From assembly GCA_010015585.1 (NCBI GenBank), contig ML975164.1: 63,769 bases of DNA. One strand, written 5' to 3'. The notes beneath the pieces are model-generated. The model had not been told where the DNA came from. It did no database searches and was given only the letters and a program-made list of their open reading frames with translations. Position 1 is the first letter of the stretch. Every line of letters starts with the position of its first letter. A program made the translations under genes and the position numbers. Origin of the DNA: Eremomyces bilateralis CBS 781.70 (taxonomy: Eukaryota). This document shows positions 30,932 through 44,939 of the stretch, piece after piece.

Positions 30932-33900
30932 TCAACTTCCATCCTCTGTCAAGTCAATGATTTGAACAGCTTTCCGCTTTGTGCCAGCGAGTTGTGGAGG
31001 CACCTGAGGAGCATCCGAATTCCCCGACACACGCGTCAGCGCAAAGTCTGCCACAGCCTTTCTAACTCTTTTATTCAATATACCGCCGGGGGTGCGAATG
31101 GTCTCCATCTCCCAGATGGATTCGAATTGGTCTCCAAGCATCTCCTTGAGCCTCGCTTCCCCGAACCTCTTCAAACGATCGAAAGCGGCCTCGTATCGTT
31201 GCAACCATTCCTGTTCCCGCTTTTTGATGCCATCGAACTTTTTCGTAACGACCAATGTCCCACAGATACTATCTGGAAAGTCCTCCGCCTGGCACTCGAG
31301 CTCCCGGTATGCTGCTATCTGATTCTGAAGATGACGTCTGCGCTTTTGACCGATGCTGAACTCCGTGGTGGTTGTTGTACTGCTCTGAAGCCAAGAAGAA
31401 AGCGCAATGCAGTCACGACACTGATGCCTTACGGGTGGACGCGTCAGTGGCCTAAGTCCATCCGGCTCCGTTCCGACGCCAGTTTGAAGATAGGTGGTAA
31501 GCACCACCTGGAACAGTTTCCGGATGGATGGCGTGTCGGACGGAATATGATATTGTTGGAGTGCAAGCTCATTGAGGACCACAAGATAGTTCTCATCGAA
31601 TGCATTCGGTGGAAGGTGCGGTCCGGTAGTCATATGGTTAGTAATACGGTCCACCAGTTTCGATATGTCTTCGTATCTCTTTCGCTTCATGAGATAGTTG
31701 AAAATCCAAACGAGTTTCCCATGTGCGCGACGGTGGATTGCACCGTCATGAATACCGGGGTAGTAGGGAACCGTAGCATCTCTCGACACCGCGGTGAGTG
31801 CGTCGTTCCAGAAGGAGTCGCATACTGTTTTGGACAGCACACGATCCGCGACTAGAGCCTTTAATTGTTGCATTATCCCAATCATGAGTCGCACGTGCTG
31901 CCCACACTTGCTGAACAAGATCTCCAGGCTGTAATATATTAGTGAGGAACGGATAGTTATCACATGCATATCAAACTTACATTTGGTTTACATCCTCGCA
32001 TCCCTTGTACTCCATGGCGAAATCGACGAAAGCAGCCCCATCTTCTTCTCGCGGCTGATCTGATTCGTCCTGGATGTGCTCCATGTCTTTTATCGATTGT
32101 TCAAATACCTCCATTACAAAACCCCTATCCGAATCTTTGAGATTTCGATCTATTGATGCTGGAACAACACCCTGCAACGATTCGTATCGATCTTGGAAAT
32201 GTGGCGATTTCCGAACAAGTAAGGACATACTGGGAAAGTTAGCAGGCAACCTCTGGAGGAAAATGGAAATTACGTACGGATCACGAATGTCCTGGAAGTT
32301 TATGCCCTTACCAGTTGCAGTCTCCTTCAGGTTCTGCAGAAATTGCCTACCAAAAGACATTTTCGTTCGGAAGGTGACCAACTTTTTAAAGGTCTGGATA
32401 TCCCCTTTCCGCAACGCGGCGGCGATTGGGGGCGCCAAATGCCGAGCGAGGATCGTCTGGTTGGCAGCCGCCATTGTTGTGACAATATTCGTGCAAACAT
32501 TGACCGCTCGCTCCTTGACCGAGTCGCTGTCCGACTGGAGACCCGAGAGGTAATATTCTATGAGAGCAGGGTAATCAGGCCTGTTACCTGACCAGCTAGA
32601 TCGTATGTTTTCTGCAAATGAGAGGACCAGCGAACGAGGAACCACGACGAGTGCCTGTTTTTTTTGTCAGAGAAAGATAGCATCCAGCTGTTGCGTTCGA
32701 CGTACCGAGTTCCTATAAAAATGGGTAACTTGCGCGCCCTAGAAAGCAGTATTAGAGGGTCAAATGGTATTCCGACATTAACGCGTTTACTAACCTCATT
32801 TCCTGTGAACCCGGTGTAGTCCTCACTGTCTGGTCTCTCGCCAAAAGCTTCATTCCTGGTAAGGATCTGATCGTCCTGTGGGATCGTCACTTCTTTCATC
32901 AGAAGTTGGCCCGAAAGCAGTGTGACATCCTTGAGGAGTATATAACTAGAAATTAGGTCCACGATGCTATGGTGACTGGCCGTATCTTCATCGTCCTCGT
33001 CCTCGTCGTAGCCATAGCCATATCCAGAGTAACGGCGCCTCTTATACCCCCAACTGTCATTGTCCCCTGTTCCACCCCAGGCATGTTTCTCGATAGACGC
33101 AAGGAAAACCTCAAAGTCAGTCTCGTTTCCGGCGTCCAATAGGCACTGCGCACGAAGACGATCTATTGGCCTGAGTTTCTGGTACTCCAAACCTTGTTGG
33201 GAGTATTTGTGACTCAAGGCAAAAACAGCATGCTTGAATGAATCATCGCCTTTCATCAGATTTTCTTGCCACTTGCTCAGCAAGCCCTTGAAAATCTCCT
33301 TCGGGTGGGCAAGTGACTCCAAGGAAGGAATGTGTAGTCCATTTTTGACAGCAAGGTTGTAGGTTAACACCCATCGGTACCCAGACGTGACCTCACAGAC
33401 TTCGTGTTCAGCATCTGAATACCAACATGCAAAGGATTGTAGATGCTTAGAGGAGGAATATGTCTTCTTCTCGTTCCCATGCTTCAGAATGACGTCTCCG
33501 CCCTTGTGCGGGGAAGGAAGGGAGATCACAAGAGTCCCTAGCATCCCAGGGATCTTTTCCGTGTCGGTGTGAGCCTTGAAGTGGGCTCCCTTCTCATAGA
33601 TCAGCATTTTGTATGGTACTGCCTCTATAGGGACAGAAACTCCAAGCCCTTCGGCTGCGATAGCCACGATCTCTGTGAAGAGGGGGTTCCAATCCGGGTT
33701 CATTATCTCGAACTGGGATGCATCGATTTCCCAGGTATTCCGTACTGACGTATCTACCACGGTTTCCGTGCCTTTGCCAAACGGCGAAAGACGCGATTTG
33801 TCGATCAATTGTCTTGCTTGAGGTTCGCATAGAGGGAGGGTAATTGGGCCAACGCCAGGAACGCTGATGTCGGGGTTCACGAATGTTCTAGGGTCCAGCC

Positions 33901-34045
33901 CCCAAAAGATAGAATATTCCCCATGAGACTCGATATTATCGTAAGCATCGAGCAGAGCGGCCTGAATTTCAGGCACTGGGCCTGATGCCTCGCATTCACG
34001 AATCGGCGACGCGCTCGAACTTTGGTCTGAGGTAGGCTGTTCCAT
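30932..34045 (-). CDS. Large multi-exon protein with N-terminal prolyl-4-hydroxylase-like 2OG-Fe(II) oxygenase domain
   Basis: SPFGKGTETVVDTSVRNTWEID, YKMLIYEKGAHFKAHTDTEK (HxD), HEVCEVTSGYRWVLTYNL; acidic linker; EDYTGFTGNE; joined by GT-AG introns to ORFs 31977-32645 and 30932-31969. Confidence 0.82.
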
Positions 34046-35077
34046 CGTAATGTTGAAATAAATGCTTCTTTGGGAGAAATTCGCCAATTATGTAGAAACA
34101 AGGATTTCCATCGGATGATAGGAATTGCAAAATCGGATATGAACAATTAGAAATTGGAAATTATCTTGAGTTGCATCTCTGTCAAGCTAACTTGAAGACG
34201 CGTTGGAACTTGGACGCGAACTTAGTACCATACCAGGGCCTGTGTGATAGCTCAGGATGATAGTCTATCACTTTGTGTCAGAGATCAAGATGTCTATGTT
34301 TTTCAGGGTCCTCTGGTTTCCTACCCGTGACCTCGTATTCACAACTATGACAGCACATCAAGCATCCCACGATGTTACCAGTCCCTCATTCTTTGCGTTT
34401 TCGCTCGTCTTGAGCAAATCAAGGTCTCTACGGCCATCAAATGTATCCGTATACAGAACTTAAATATGGGCATAATCCCGTAGATTTTACGCTCAAAAAG
34501 GATCAAGGTCAATCTATCTACGCTCTTTTGGAATCTAACGGTATTTTCCCAGTGTCGCTGCATTAATCACCTGATTGAGCGAAACCGCTATTTATCTCAC
34601 ACTTTGTAGCTTACACTTATCATCCCCTGGCTGATACATCTCTATGCATTTATCCGATGTGGTGTCTCCAGAAGGCATCCTTAATATTTAATACGAGTAT
34701 GTAAAAGCAAACAAACCGGCGTTTGGTTATCTATTCGACTTGTGGACCCATACAGACTTCGACACGAAGTAACACTTCTCTGTCATGTCTAATCCGTCTA
34801 CCTAGAGACTAAAATCCCTCCCGAGCTGGTGTATTGGAACGGAGAGGTATCCAACAATAATCCCGAATATTCTCCTATGAAACAGAGCATCACCAGTCAT
34901 AGCAAAGTGACATGAAGTTGGCTGGGAGATGAAGTGATATTCTCTACTCCGTACAATCTGTTACCGAACTTCCCCTTCCACTTTAGCCCCCTCAATCCGG
35001 AATAGCTTCATTCTTCCGGTTTTCAAGCCTTCAACGGTTCAACCCCTCCGGAACATAAACGAACACAACCGCAATAA

Positions 35078-35630
35078 ATGCTGCCTTCTATAGTCCCGTA
35101 TCCTTCGATGCCGTCCTCCCGTGCAGCAAGCAGAGCCGATGGAGAGCTTGTCTTGTAGCTAGGCATTCCATAGTCTTGAAGAAAGACCGCCGATGTACCC
35201 AGTCTGGCAGTGCATCGCTCCCAGCCTTGGTCGGAGACGCTAAACAGGCTCGCTTACCAGGTGGTAGAAGACGCCAGTTTGGCTGGACGACCGCTTCATG
35301 ACAGTACTATTGCTCCGGCCTTTCTGTGAGCCACCTACTGAACTCGTGCTCGGCAAAATCACTGGGCGATCGGGCCGTTAATTGCTCGCCTCCTCCGTGA
35401 TGTGCAACCCACTTCGAACATGACTTCGAATATCGTCGACATCTCGGATACGAACGGTCTCGTGGAGTCGTGATAATAGTACCGGGCCACGTTGGCTAGA
35501 CCTTTGTCAGTCTGCCCCAGCGGCTCGCCTTATTTCTCACGCTCCGTGTTCTGCCACGAGTTCTTCGTGACGAATGACATCCACAGGTCTTCCTCATGAA
35601 GGGCTTTCCAGCATGTCGTTGCCCCGCCGG
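35078..35630 (-). pseudogene. Decayed FunK1 (fungal-type protein kinase) fragment
   Basis: Manual translation across frames gives GGATTCWKALHEED..FVTKNSWQNTEREK*GE..KGLANVARYYYH..DIRSHVRSGL..KRSSSQTG..SPTKAGSDALPDWVHRR..DYGMPSYKTSSPSALLAAREDGIEG. This matches the recalled FunK1 consensus (GRATTCWKA, KDSWQ, NVARYYHH, RVHRR, DYGKPIYKASS), with stops and frameshifts. Confidence 0.8.
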
Positions 35631-36168
35631 GGGGGACCTTTCCATCGATGTAAACGGTCCCAATATTGAAAATCTAGCGATACGCCGCGACAATCTCGAC
35701 CGCTTCGGTGCTTGGTACGAGACTCTTCTTGTAATCGATTCGGTACGAGCCATAATACTCTTTATAAATGTCACAGGTTGGAAGACCGTCCACCATCTGG
35801 GCGATCGTCTCGGAGACCAGGGTGGTAGAGTGGATAATAGTACATATCGCCCGCTTTAACGTCGAGAAATGTTTCGGCGCTAAGTTTACCATGCCTGCCA
35901 TGTTTATAAGAGCTATCTTGGTATTGACCGACATACTATCGGGACTCAAGAGCCTTTAGATGTGCCCACCGATTTGATACTTTACCTGGCGAAGGTAATT
36001 ATTCGCAAAGTCGGGTGAGGTTGAATTCGACGCGCTCTAATTGGCCAGGAGATTCAATCCTTACCTTAGGCAGCCGCAGCCCATTCAAACATCATTCATC
36101 ACTTTAATGAGTCTGATTCAAACGTAGCTTCTTGAAATTCATCCAACTCGCCGGAGTTTGTTGGAACG

Positions 36169-38641
36169 ATGAGGTTCAATATTGAGTACGATCTCCGTGA
36201 ATCACCAGATTCAAGCTAATTGCCGCAGCGAGCTGGAGGTGCTCTTCCCCTACCCAAGGATCTATCCCGAACAATATGCATACATGTGCGATCTCAAACG
36301 AACTCTGGACGCAGGTGGGCACTGCGTCCTGGAGATGCCTTCAGGAACCGGGAAGACCGTATCCCTGCTTTCTCTGATCATAGCCTACCAGCAGAATAGC
36401 CCCGAGAAGAGGAAGCTGATTTACTGCTCACGTACAGTAGCCTCACCATCTGCTATGGAGTTGATCCTTACGTGAACAGGTACCATGTCCGAGATCGAAA
36501 AGGCTCTGGCAGAGCTGAGACAATTAATGGCATTCCGCACCGAGCAGCTAGGGTACGAAGAGGAGTTCCGTGGGCTGGGTCTCACGAGTCGAAAGAACTT
36601 GTGTCTGCATCCCTCTGTAAAACGGGAGAAGAGTGGGTCGGTGGTCGATGCGAGATGTCGAAGCTTAACGGCCGGCTTTGTCAAAGAGCAAAAAGAGAAG
36701 GGAGAAGATGTCGAGCTTTGCATTTATCACGAGAATCTGGATTTGCTTGAACCACACAATTTGATACCCCCCGGAGTTTGGACGCTTGATGGCCTACTCC
36801 AATATGGAGAGCAGCAGAAGCAGTGTCCGTACTTCACCGCAAGACGGATGATGCCGTTCTGTAACGTCATTATCTATTCATACCATTACCTTCTAGACCC
36901 CAAGATTGCCGAGCGCGTCTCACGAGAGCTATCGAAGGATTGCATCGTGGTTTTCGACGAAGCGCATAACATCGACAACGTGTGTATCGAGTCGTTGAGC
37001 ATCGACCTCACAGAAGACTCACTTCGAAAAGCGGCGCGAGGAGCAAACAATCTCGATCGGAGGATCACCGAGATGAAGGCGAGCGATGCACAGAAGCTGC
37101 AAGACGAGTATTCCAAACTCGTTGAAGGACTACGAGGCGCAGATCAAGCAAGAGAAGAGGATCAATTCATGTCAAATCCTGCTCTACCGGACGACCTGCT
37201 CAAAGAAGCCGTTCCCGGAAATATTCGAAGAGCTGAGCATTTCGTATCGTTCCTGAAGCGCTTCATAGAATACCTCAAGACTCGGATGAAAGTGCTCCAT
37301 GTCATCTCCGAGACACCGTTGTCGTTCTTAGCGCATCTAAAGGAACTTACCTTCATCGAGAGGAAGCCGTTACGGTTCTGTGCGGAGCGGCTGACGTCCC
37401 TTGTCCGCACGCTTGAGTTGACGAACATTGAGGACTACCAACCATTACAAGAGGTTGCAACATTTGCGACGCTCGTGGCGACTTATGAGCATGGGTTTAC
37501 TCTTATACTTGAGCCTTTCGAGTCCGATACTGCGACGGTCCCAAACCCCGTTCTCCACTTCACCTGTCTCGATGCAGCCATAGCCATCAAACCGGTCTTC
37601 GACCGTTTCAGTTCAGTCATCATCACCTCAGGAACCATCTCACCTCTGGAAATGTACCCGCGGATGCTCGGTTTCACAACGGTCATCCAAGAGTCCTACA
37701 CCATGACACTCGCCCGCAAAACATTCCTACCCATGATCATCACCCGCGGCAGCGACCAGAACACCATCAGCACCAGCTTCCAAGTCCGCAACGACCCCTC
37801 GGTCGTCCGAAACTATGGCAACATTCTCATCGAATTCTGCAAACTCACTCCGGACGGCGTGGTTGTCTTCTTCCCCAGCTACCTCTACATGGAATCCATC
37901 ATCAGCATGTGGCAAGGCATGGGTATCCTCGACACGGTCTGGAAATACAAGCTCATTCTCGTCGAAACCCCGGACTCCCAAGAAACCTCCCTCGCTCTCG
38001 AAACCTACCGCACCGCCTGCAACAATGGCCGCGGCGCCGTCCTCCTCTGCGTCGCCCGCGGGAAGGTCAGCGAGGGCATCGACTTCGACCACCACTACGG
38101 CCGCGCTGTCATCAACATCGGCGTTCCCTACCAATACACCGAATCCCGCATCCTCAAAGCCCGCCTCGAGTTTCTCCGCGAGAACTACCGCATCCGCGAA
38201 TCCGACTTCCTCTCCTTCGACGCGATGCGTCACGCGGCCCAATGCCTCGGCCGCGTCCTCCGCGGCAAGGACGACTACGGCATCATGGTGCTGGCGGACC
38301 GACGCTTCCTCAAGAAGCGCGGGCAGTTGCCGAAGTGGATCCAGCAGAGCCTCCCGGACAGCGACACGAATCTGAGCGTGGACCAGGCGACGGCGGTAGC
38401 GAAGGCGTTTTTGAAGGGCATGAGTAAGGCGTATCCGGCGCATTTGCAGGAGGGGATCAGCACGTGGGACATGGATGATTTGAGGCGGCATCAGGCGAAG
38501 ATGGCGGAGGAGGAGATTCGGATGTTGAGGAAGGAGGCAGAGATGAGGGAGAGGGAGAGGGTGAGGAGGAGGGTGGTGGAGGATGAGGAGGACGAGTATG
38601 GGGATATGGAGGTTGACTACGATGATTTGGTGCCGGTTTGA
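36169..38641 (+). CDS. RAD3: TFIIH 5'-3' DNA helicase XPD; 3 exons
   Basis: [20 protein letters not shown] (Walker A), Fe-S cysteines (NLCLHP, CRSL, CIYH, CPYF), [24 protein letters not shown]. Confidence 0.97.
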
Positions 38642-41600
38642 GCCTTGAGGAATGTGTGGATGACTTGCATGCGTTTTCTTGGAGCTTTAGATGGGGTGAG
38701 GTCTGGTTACCGTGGTTGGGTCCAAATTGGCGTTCTTACGATTCTCAGAGTGGCTATTGTTAGCAGGATATCGAGCGGGGCACCACAACCGCGCGAATCC
38801 GACCATGGAAACGCACTCTCGTTCGTCTTGTGTGGTTCCCATCACGCGATATGGATGATGACTCGATTGAAGTGCCTCGGATATATTACATCGTGTGGTT
38901 ATCTGCGGGGTTACATCATCACCCATCGCCTTTACCCTTGGAAGTTGGAGGATCTCGATCTCGGTGGCACTACGTATTACGCTTATGCAGAGTCTCTTTT
39001 CCAGTTACACGAGGATGTTTCGCCATTTCGTGTTGAGGTGTTGAACAATGTTGTACGTCTCTTATCCCGTAATCGGATCCAGGATGCATGCAGCCATGCA
39101 TCATGTCTAGCACTGAAGTCTATCGCAAGTGTAAACAAAGGACTTAATCGCATTGCCGATCCTTTTGAACCGATCGAACAGATTCAACGACCCAAAAACA
39201 ATATTGACACTATCTAAGTAAATATTCACTATTGACATCACTCTGCATTAATAGTCACCATGTTAATCTTTCAACGAAACTAAAGCTATTGATTGCAGGG
39301 CGCAGCGTCATCTGATGTAACTTGTAAGGGAGCGTCTTGGCAATGGAAAGTCACAGGAACTCCTATCAAGTGGAGAACGCGTGCCATTGTTGACAAACCT
39401 GCCAAACGCGTCTCCCAAACCCAAGCTCTGGACCTTTTACGAGCCGCTGCGAACAGGACAAGGCTGCGTTTCGACCAGCACTGACTGCTGCACCCCGAAA
39501 ACGCCTCGCATGCATGATGCAAGGACCGGGTTCAATAAAGAGTCATACTACAGTACTAATAACCCCCAGCACAAATAACTATGGGTGGTTCCTTGATTCA
39601 TAATAGGTGGTGCTGTTTACTGAGCTGATGGAGATCGCGCCGGTCACCCGCCCATTGACCGGATTCGAAGGGAGGGGTTGCCGACACGACAGGGACTGGG
39701 GGGAACGGGACCTCGGGGCTGCCGTTCAGTGACAATGATTTGAGAGGAGGCTTGGATGATGGTGGAAGCCAAGCGAGGGTGGTGCTGATCAGCGTTATCG
39801 CCGGAAGATACAGTTGCTGAGAAGCGCTGACTGTCGTTGGATGATGGATCTGACGATAGTCGCCACGAGGGTGCAGGATATTGTCGTCAGCTTCGCCGTC
39901 ATTGTGCTTGCATATGCAGAGCAGGATTTGGGGGTGGTAGAGACGGGAATATTTCGAGGAAATCTGCTTTTCATGATCAATAATAGACTTGGGGTCGGCG
40001 TCTTAGCCTTCAAAGCTCAAGTGCCTAGCAAGACGTCTCCATAACTTCGCGATCCAGATATGCTGATTGCTGGAGCGCTTCGGAACCACGAAGGATTGCC
40101 CTAAATCCCTCGTCCGTCTCGCGGCTACCGCAGGAAGTCAGGAACCAGCACAAGAAGACTCCTGGTACGGTGCCAACAAAATGTCTCCGCATCAGCGTCA
40201 CTGCATCGCTCACTCTCCTCAATCTTCAGCTGAAAGACGAGGGTCACAGACCTCCCTTTGCGCCATGCCTCTGCGAGGTCGCGCTACATTTGAGAATTGG
40301 GCCAATGACCGTGGGAGAGGGATGTAACCTCGATCTGGTTGCTAGGACAGGCGGACAGGGGGGAGGGATGGTGCATTGGTGCGAGGGGCGTGACGACAAG
40401 CGGGGGTTTGGTCTGTGGATTTGGGTCTTGGGAGCGGTTAGCTGCGCGGGCTTGCCGTCTGGGTTCTTACTTCTGACGATTTGACTGTGGAAGATGCGAA
40501 TCAAGGGAAGGGGAATGGGGGAAGCCCCGGCCCCGAGAGGGTGATACGGAGCCGAACTGGGAGAGCGACAGAGGGGAAGTTACACGACGGGAGGAAGAAG
40601 CGAATATGAATGGTTTCTAGAATGTTGCTTAGAAGCAAGGGAGAACAGAACGAGACCAGATGGTAGAGATGGGAGGATATCAAGCTCAACCGCTTCGGTG
40701 CATTTACATCCGCATCGGATATACTACGTCAGATAGCTCAATATCAATTATCCAAGCACGGAGTTACTACCAAAATCAGACGATTGACAGCGGTTCTTTT
40801 TCAAGAAGGGAATCGAATGTCGAATCGAGGAATAAGCAACTGAAAAGCGGCACGCTATCCATCAATCCCGATTCGCGTCAATCGTGAGCGAAGATCATCA
40901 TCTTCTTAAACGGGAAGATTTCCACCTAGCAACCAAGCAAACAAGCGTCGGATATGATTTGTCGGTCAGCAAGTTTGCCAGTTGCAAGTTTGCTCTCTTA
41001 ATCAATTGCAAGCGCCGACGCTTAGAGCCGAAGACCAGTAAGTGAGGGCACCCACCTGTGACGATTTCTTTTGGTTGCTTGGGAGAATGGGAGCGGATTC
41101 GTTGACGAGACAACTGCAACGGCTCTTCCTTGCACCTTCTCAACTGCTCCACGCCTGAACCTCCACTGCTCTGCACAGCTTCTGCTCCTCCGCTGCTCTG
41201 GTGCTCCCTCAAGCCTCAGTCCTTCATCCTTTTACCATCGTTCCCTCCTTCGATATTAATCATATTCGCTCTTTTATTTCCCATTTCCACCTTCCTTCCG
41301 CCACTCTCGCTACGGATTTGTGCTCGACCGGGCGACATCGAGTGGCAGCAGCTCCTGGTTCCCCCCCGCAACGGTTATCGATCGAGCACGCAAATCATCA
41401 GCAATCCTGACATGCCGTCCGGCGTCCCAGCTCTCTAACCATCCACACAGCAGATCTTACCTTGCGAAGGATTTCTCCCAGCAGCCATAGAAGCATTTTA
41501 GATAGGAATTAGATTTCCAATCTTACGTGCATCCTACTCTGCCGGCAGGTTTCTTACCCTCGAGCCTAACCGGACGGCTTGATATCGAGCTCCGCCCAGA

Positions 41601-41716
41601 CATCGAGTTACACGGATCACATCGTACCAGCAACCGTTAGGAGAGCAATTGGAGAAATCAATTGGGGGACATCCATAGCCGATTGGCAACATTTGCAATT
41701 ACAAGAATTATCCACC

Positions 41717-43634
41717 ATGGAGTTGTCATCGCCTCTCGCGGCTATTCAGCCCAATGTGTGGAAGTTGGGAGGGCGATTTGAGAGCTCATCACAACTTGGT
41801 CCAAACAGCTTCAACTTCAGGGACATGAGCATGAAGAGACATACCAGCAATGAGAACAAGGACTACTTCGCCACCTCTAAACCATTGCGAGGATCTTCAC
41901 CCTCCGCGAGTTTGGCCGCTGACCTCTCGTCCAACTTCCATATCGATCAAAGGTACGTACATTCCTTGTCCAAGCGTCCGCATATGGAACTGGCATGAGC
42001 TTACCATGAATTTTGTGCCATTACAGTCCGCAGTTGCCTCCCACTCCTCGCCGTTCCCTGTTCACATCCAATATCTTCAAGGACTTTGCGAGTAGAGGTA
42101 TGTCAAATATCACCTCTCCATATTTTCCTTCCCTCAAGCTAACGTCGGTCTCAGACGGAGCCACAACTCCGCCAATTCGCTTCAAAGGAAGCACCACACC
42201 CCCCATTCCGTCGTCCCCGGGGTTTGGCTATGACATTATGGTCTCTTCCCCTCTTCCGCACAAGCCGGCTGCACGAGTGTCAGAAATCAAGTTTCAGATT
42301 TCGAGCCCTGACTCTCGAGAGGACATGATCTTTCCCACCGACACTCAAGACTGCTTCACCAGTATGCCCAGGAATGAAAGCTTTCGATTCGAGTGAGTTG
42401 GTGTCCTGGCACAGATTCTTCTCAACTGACAGCTTCAAGGAACCGTCGTCCATTCCCACGACCATCCCTCAACCGAACCAAGTGTCTGTCTGCATATAAT
42501 GTTCCCCGTTCTCGACCAGAGAACCAGCTTCCGCCCTTCAAGTTCGGAGGTGGTGTCACCAACATCTCCGTCTCACCCAACACTCTTTCGTTGGATGACG
42601 CCTTTATGGCCTCCCCACCGGCCAAGATGCCCGCCTCCCCTCAACTCATGGGACCCCCTCGTTCACGTCCCTCATTTCTAAACACCAACAACACTCGAGG
42701 GAATGGATCTCCACTCAGCGGACAGGTCAAGCGGAGCCAATGTCCCTTCCCTCGTCCTCGGAAGCAATTCCGTCGCTCCAACAGCATGTTCGAGCATCCT
42801 GGAGATGTGATGAAGCAAGATTCTTCGCCGTTCCAGGGCAATGCTCTTCCTACCGTGATGGATGTGGATGATGCTTATCAGCTTAAGTTACCTCATTCAT
42901 TGCAACCACATGAGCCAGACAGTCTGCCTCGCCTGGATGCCGACACCATGATCCGCGTTCTGGACGGGGAATTCGCACATTTGTTCGACAACACCGTCGT
43001 CGTCGATTGTCGATTCGAGTATGAGTTCGATGGCGGCCACATTGACGGAGCGGACAACTACAACGACAAGGACAAGTTAGCCCGAGAGCTCTTCGACTGC
43101 CCTTCACCATCTCAGAGAACTCTTCTCATCCTCCACTGTGAATATTCCGTGCATCGTGCACCTCTCATGTAAGCCATGACCTCAACCATCTCCCTTCGCC
43201 ATCCCTAACTTGTTTCCAGGGCGAAATATATCCGCGCCCAAGACCGCGCCGTCAACGCAAACCACTACCCCCGCCTCACCTACCCCGAAGTCTACATCCT
43301 CGATGGCGGCTACTCCGCCTTCTTCAACGCCCACCGCACCCGCTGCGTCCCCCAATCCTACGTCGAGATGGGCTCCAAGGAACACGAACGCGCCTGCGAA
43401 CGCGGCATGGACCGCCTCCGCCAGCGCAAGAAGCTCAGCCGTGCGCAGACGTACGCCTTCGGCCAGCGGAACATCACCGGGATGACCCTTGGCGGCATCC
43501 AGGAGAGCCCGACCGCACCGCAGGGGCGGAGTCAGAGCCATCGGATGGTGTTGGGTCGACAAGACGACTGGGCGGAGGCGAATAATGTCTTCGATACGAG
43601 ACGGTCCCTTACCAAGCGGATGGCGTCGTATTGA
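41717..43634 (+). CDS. MIH1: M-phase inducer phosphatase (Cdc25/Mih1/NimT), multi-exon
   Basis: MELSSPLAAIQP, SLAADLSSNFHIDQSPQLPPTPRRSLF, DCRFEYEFDGGHI, active site HCEYSVHRAP (HCX5R), YPEVYILDGGY. Confidence 0.93.
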
Positions 43635-44939
43635 GCGGTTCTGCATCATGCATTGAGCATTTCTATTTCTGATATCGCTTTTCCCGCTTGGGGAAGCGGG
43701 CGTTCCACGATGGTTGCATTTCGGCGGTGTCGAATGCAGTCTATGACTTCTCACGCACGTCTCTTCTTCGTTTCTCGAACATGCTCGCTGAGTATCTTAC
43801 TTTCCGGCCACCGGCCTAACTTTACGGACCTTTTCTTATCTTCGGAGCCTCTCGAGCTGTCCCTTCGTCGAGCTGACAGAAATCCTGGCTCAACTCACCA
43901 CGATCGTCAATCACCGTACCTTTCTATGTCTACCGCCACGGACGGCGTTGTCTACACACTCACGAAAACGTCTCCTATTGCCTTTTCTTCCTATCGACCC
44001 ACCGACCAACTACCCTTTTTTCACGAGTACCATCCTCTGAACTTCAAAACCCGCTCCCCGAGCGTCCCTTTCCTCGCCCTCTATTCCTTCGGCGCCAGGA
44101 AGTCATTCTCCTTCCCACCCCCCGAGTCCATGCTTTCCACCGCGTTCCACTACCCGGGGGTCTTTTGTATGAATCCTTCGCACACAGATACCACCCCCCC
44201 TTTATTGTTTGTTTCTAATTCCCACAGCCCCTCCTGCGATGATCGCGGGAGTATACGCGGCTGTGGACCGATTGTCTCGTGCCGTTTGCGGCAGTTTGAT
44301 TGTTTTCAGATGATGCGAGGAAAAGATGTGATGTGAAGATGGAGAACGCGAAAAGGAGAGAGAGAGGTACACACACGCTACATTGTTCCTGGAACGGAAC
44401 GAACGTTTTAGATGGATGGATGGATGGATGGGGAACGCTGTATTGTATTACTTTTCTGATCGAGGTCGGTAAAATGAAAGAAAATTTTGTATAAATTCTT
44501 GGGTTTAGGTGATCCTGCGTATCGTTATCCATCTTCCCACTGAGGACCCGCTTCATCATTCCATGCACTGCGCGAGCGAGAATGAGGTGGTGTCCGGAGG
44601 GAAGGGAGATATCGATTTGGACGATCCAGTCAGAGTCTGGTTTGTCGTCAGGCATGTATTGATGCCTCAGGCTATAAAGTGATCGTCAGTTCCGCTCTGT
44701 TGGTCAACATCGGCGGATGTTAAAGAAGCGGTATTTCTACATCGTGGAATGTTCGGGAGTTGTTAATAGTATTCTAAGTTGAAACCCCTTCTCTTATGCT
44801 CAAGGAAGTCCGAACCTCATCGTCCGTCTTCCAATGGGTTTCAATCTCCCATAAAGTCCTATTCTCCACACCCTCAACGTCCACCACCTTTCCAACTCCC
44901 CCCTCCAACTCCCCCCTCCAACCACCTCCCACCCACCAA

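Noticed and set aside
30884..31855. 323-aa plus-strand ORF
   Set aside because: It fully overlaps the last exon of the minus-strand oxygenase gene and has no recognisable features.
43653..44336. 227-aa ORF after MIH1
   Set aside because: Non-ATG start, pyrimidine-rich composition and position fit a long 3' UTR.
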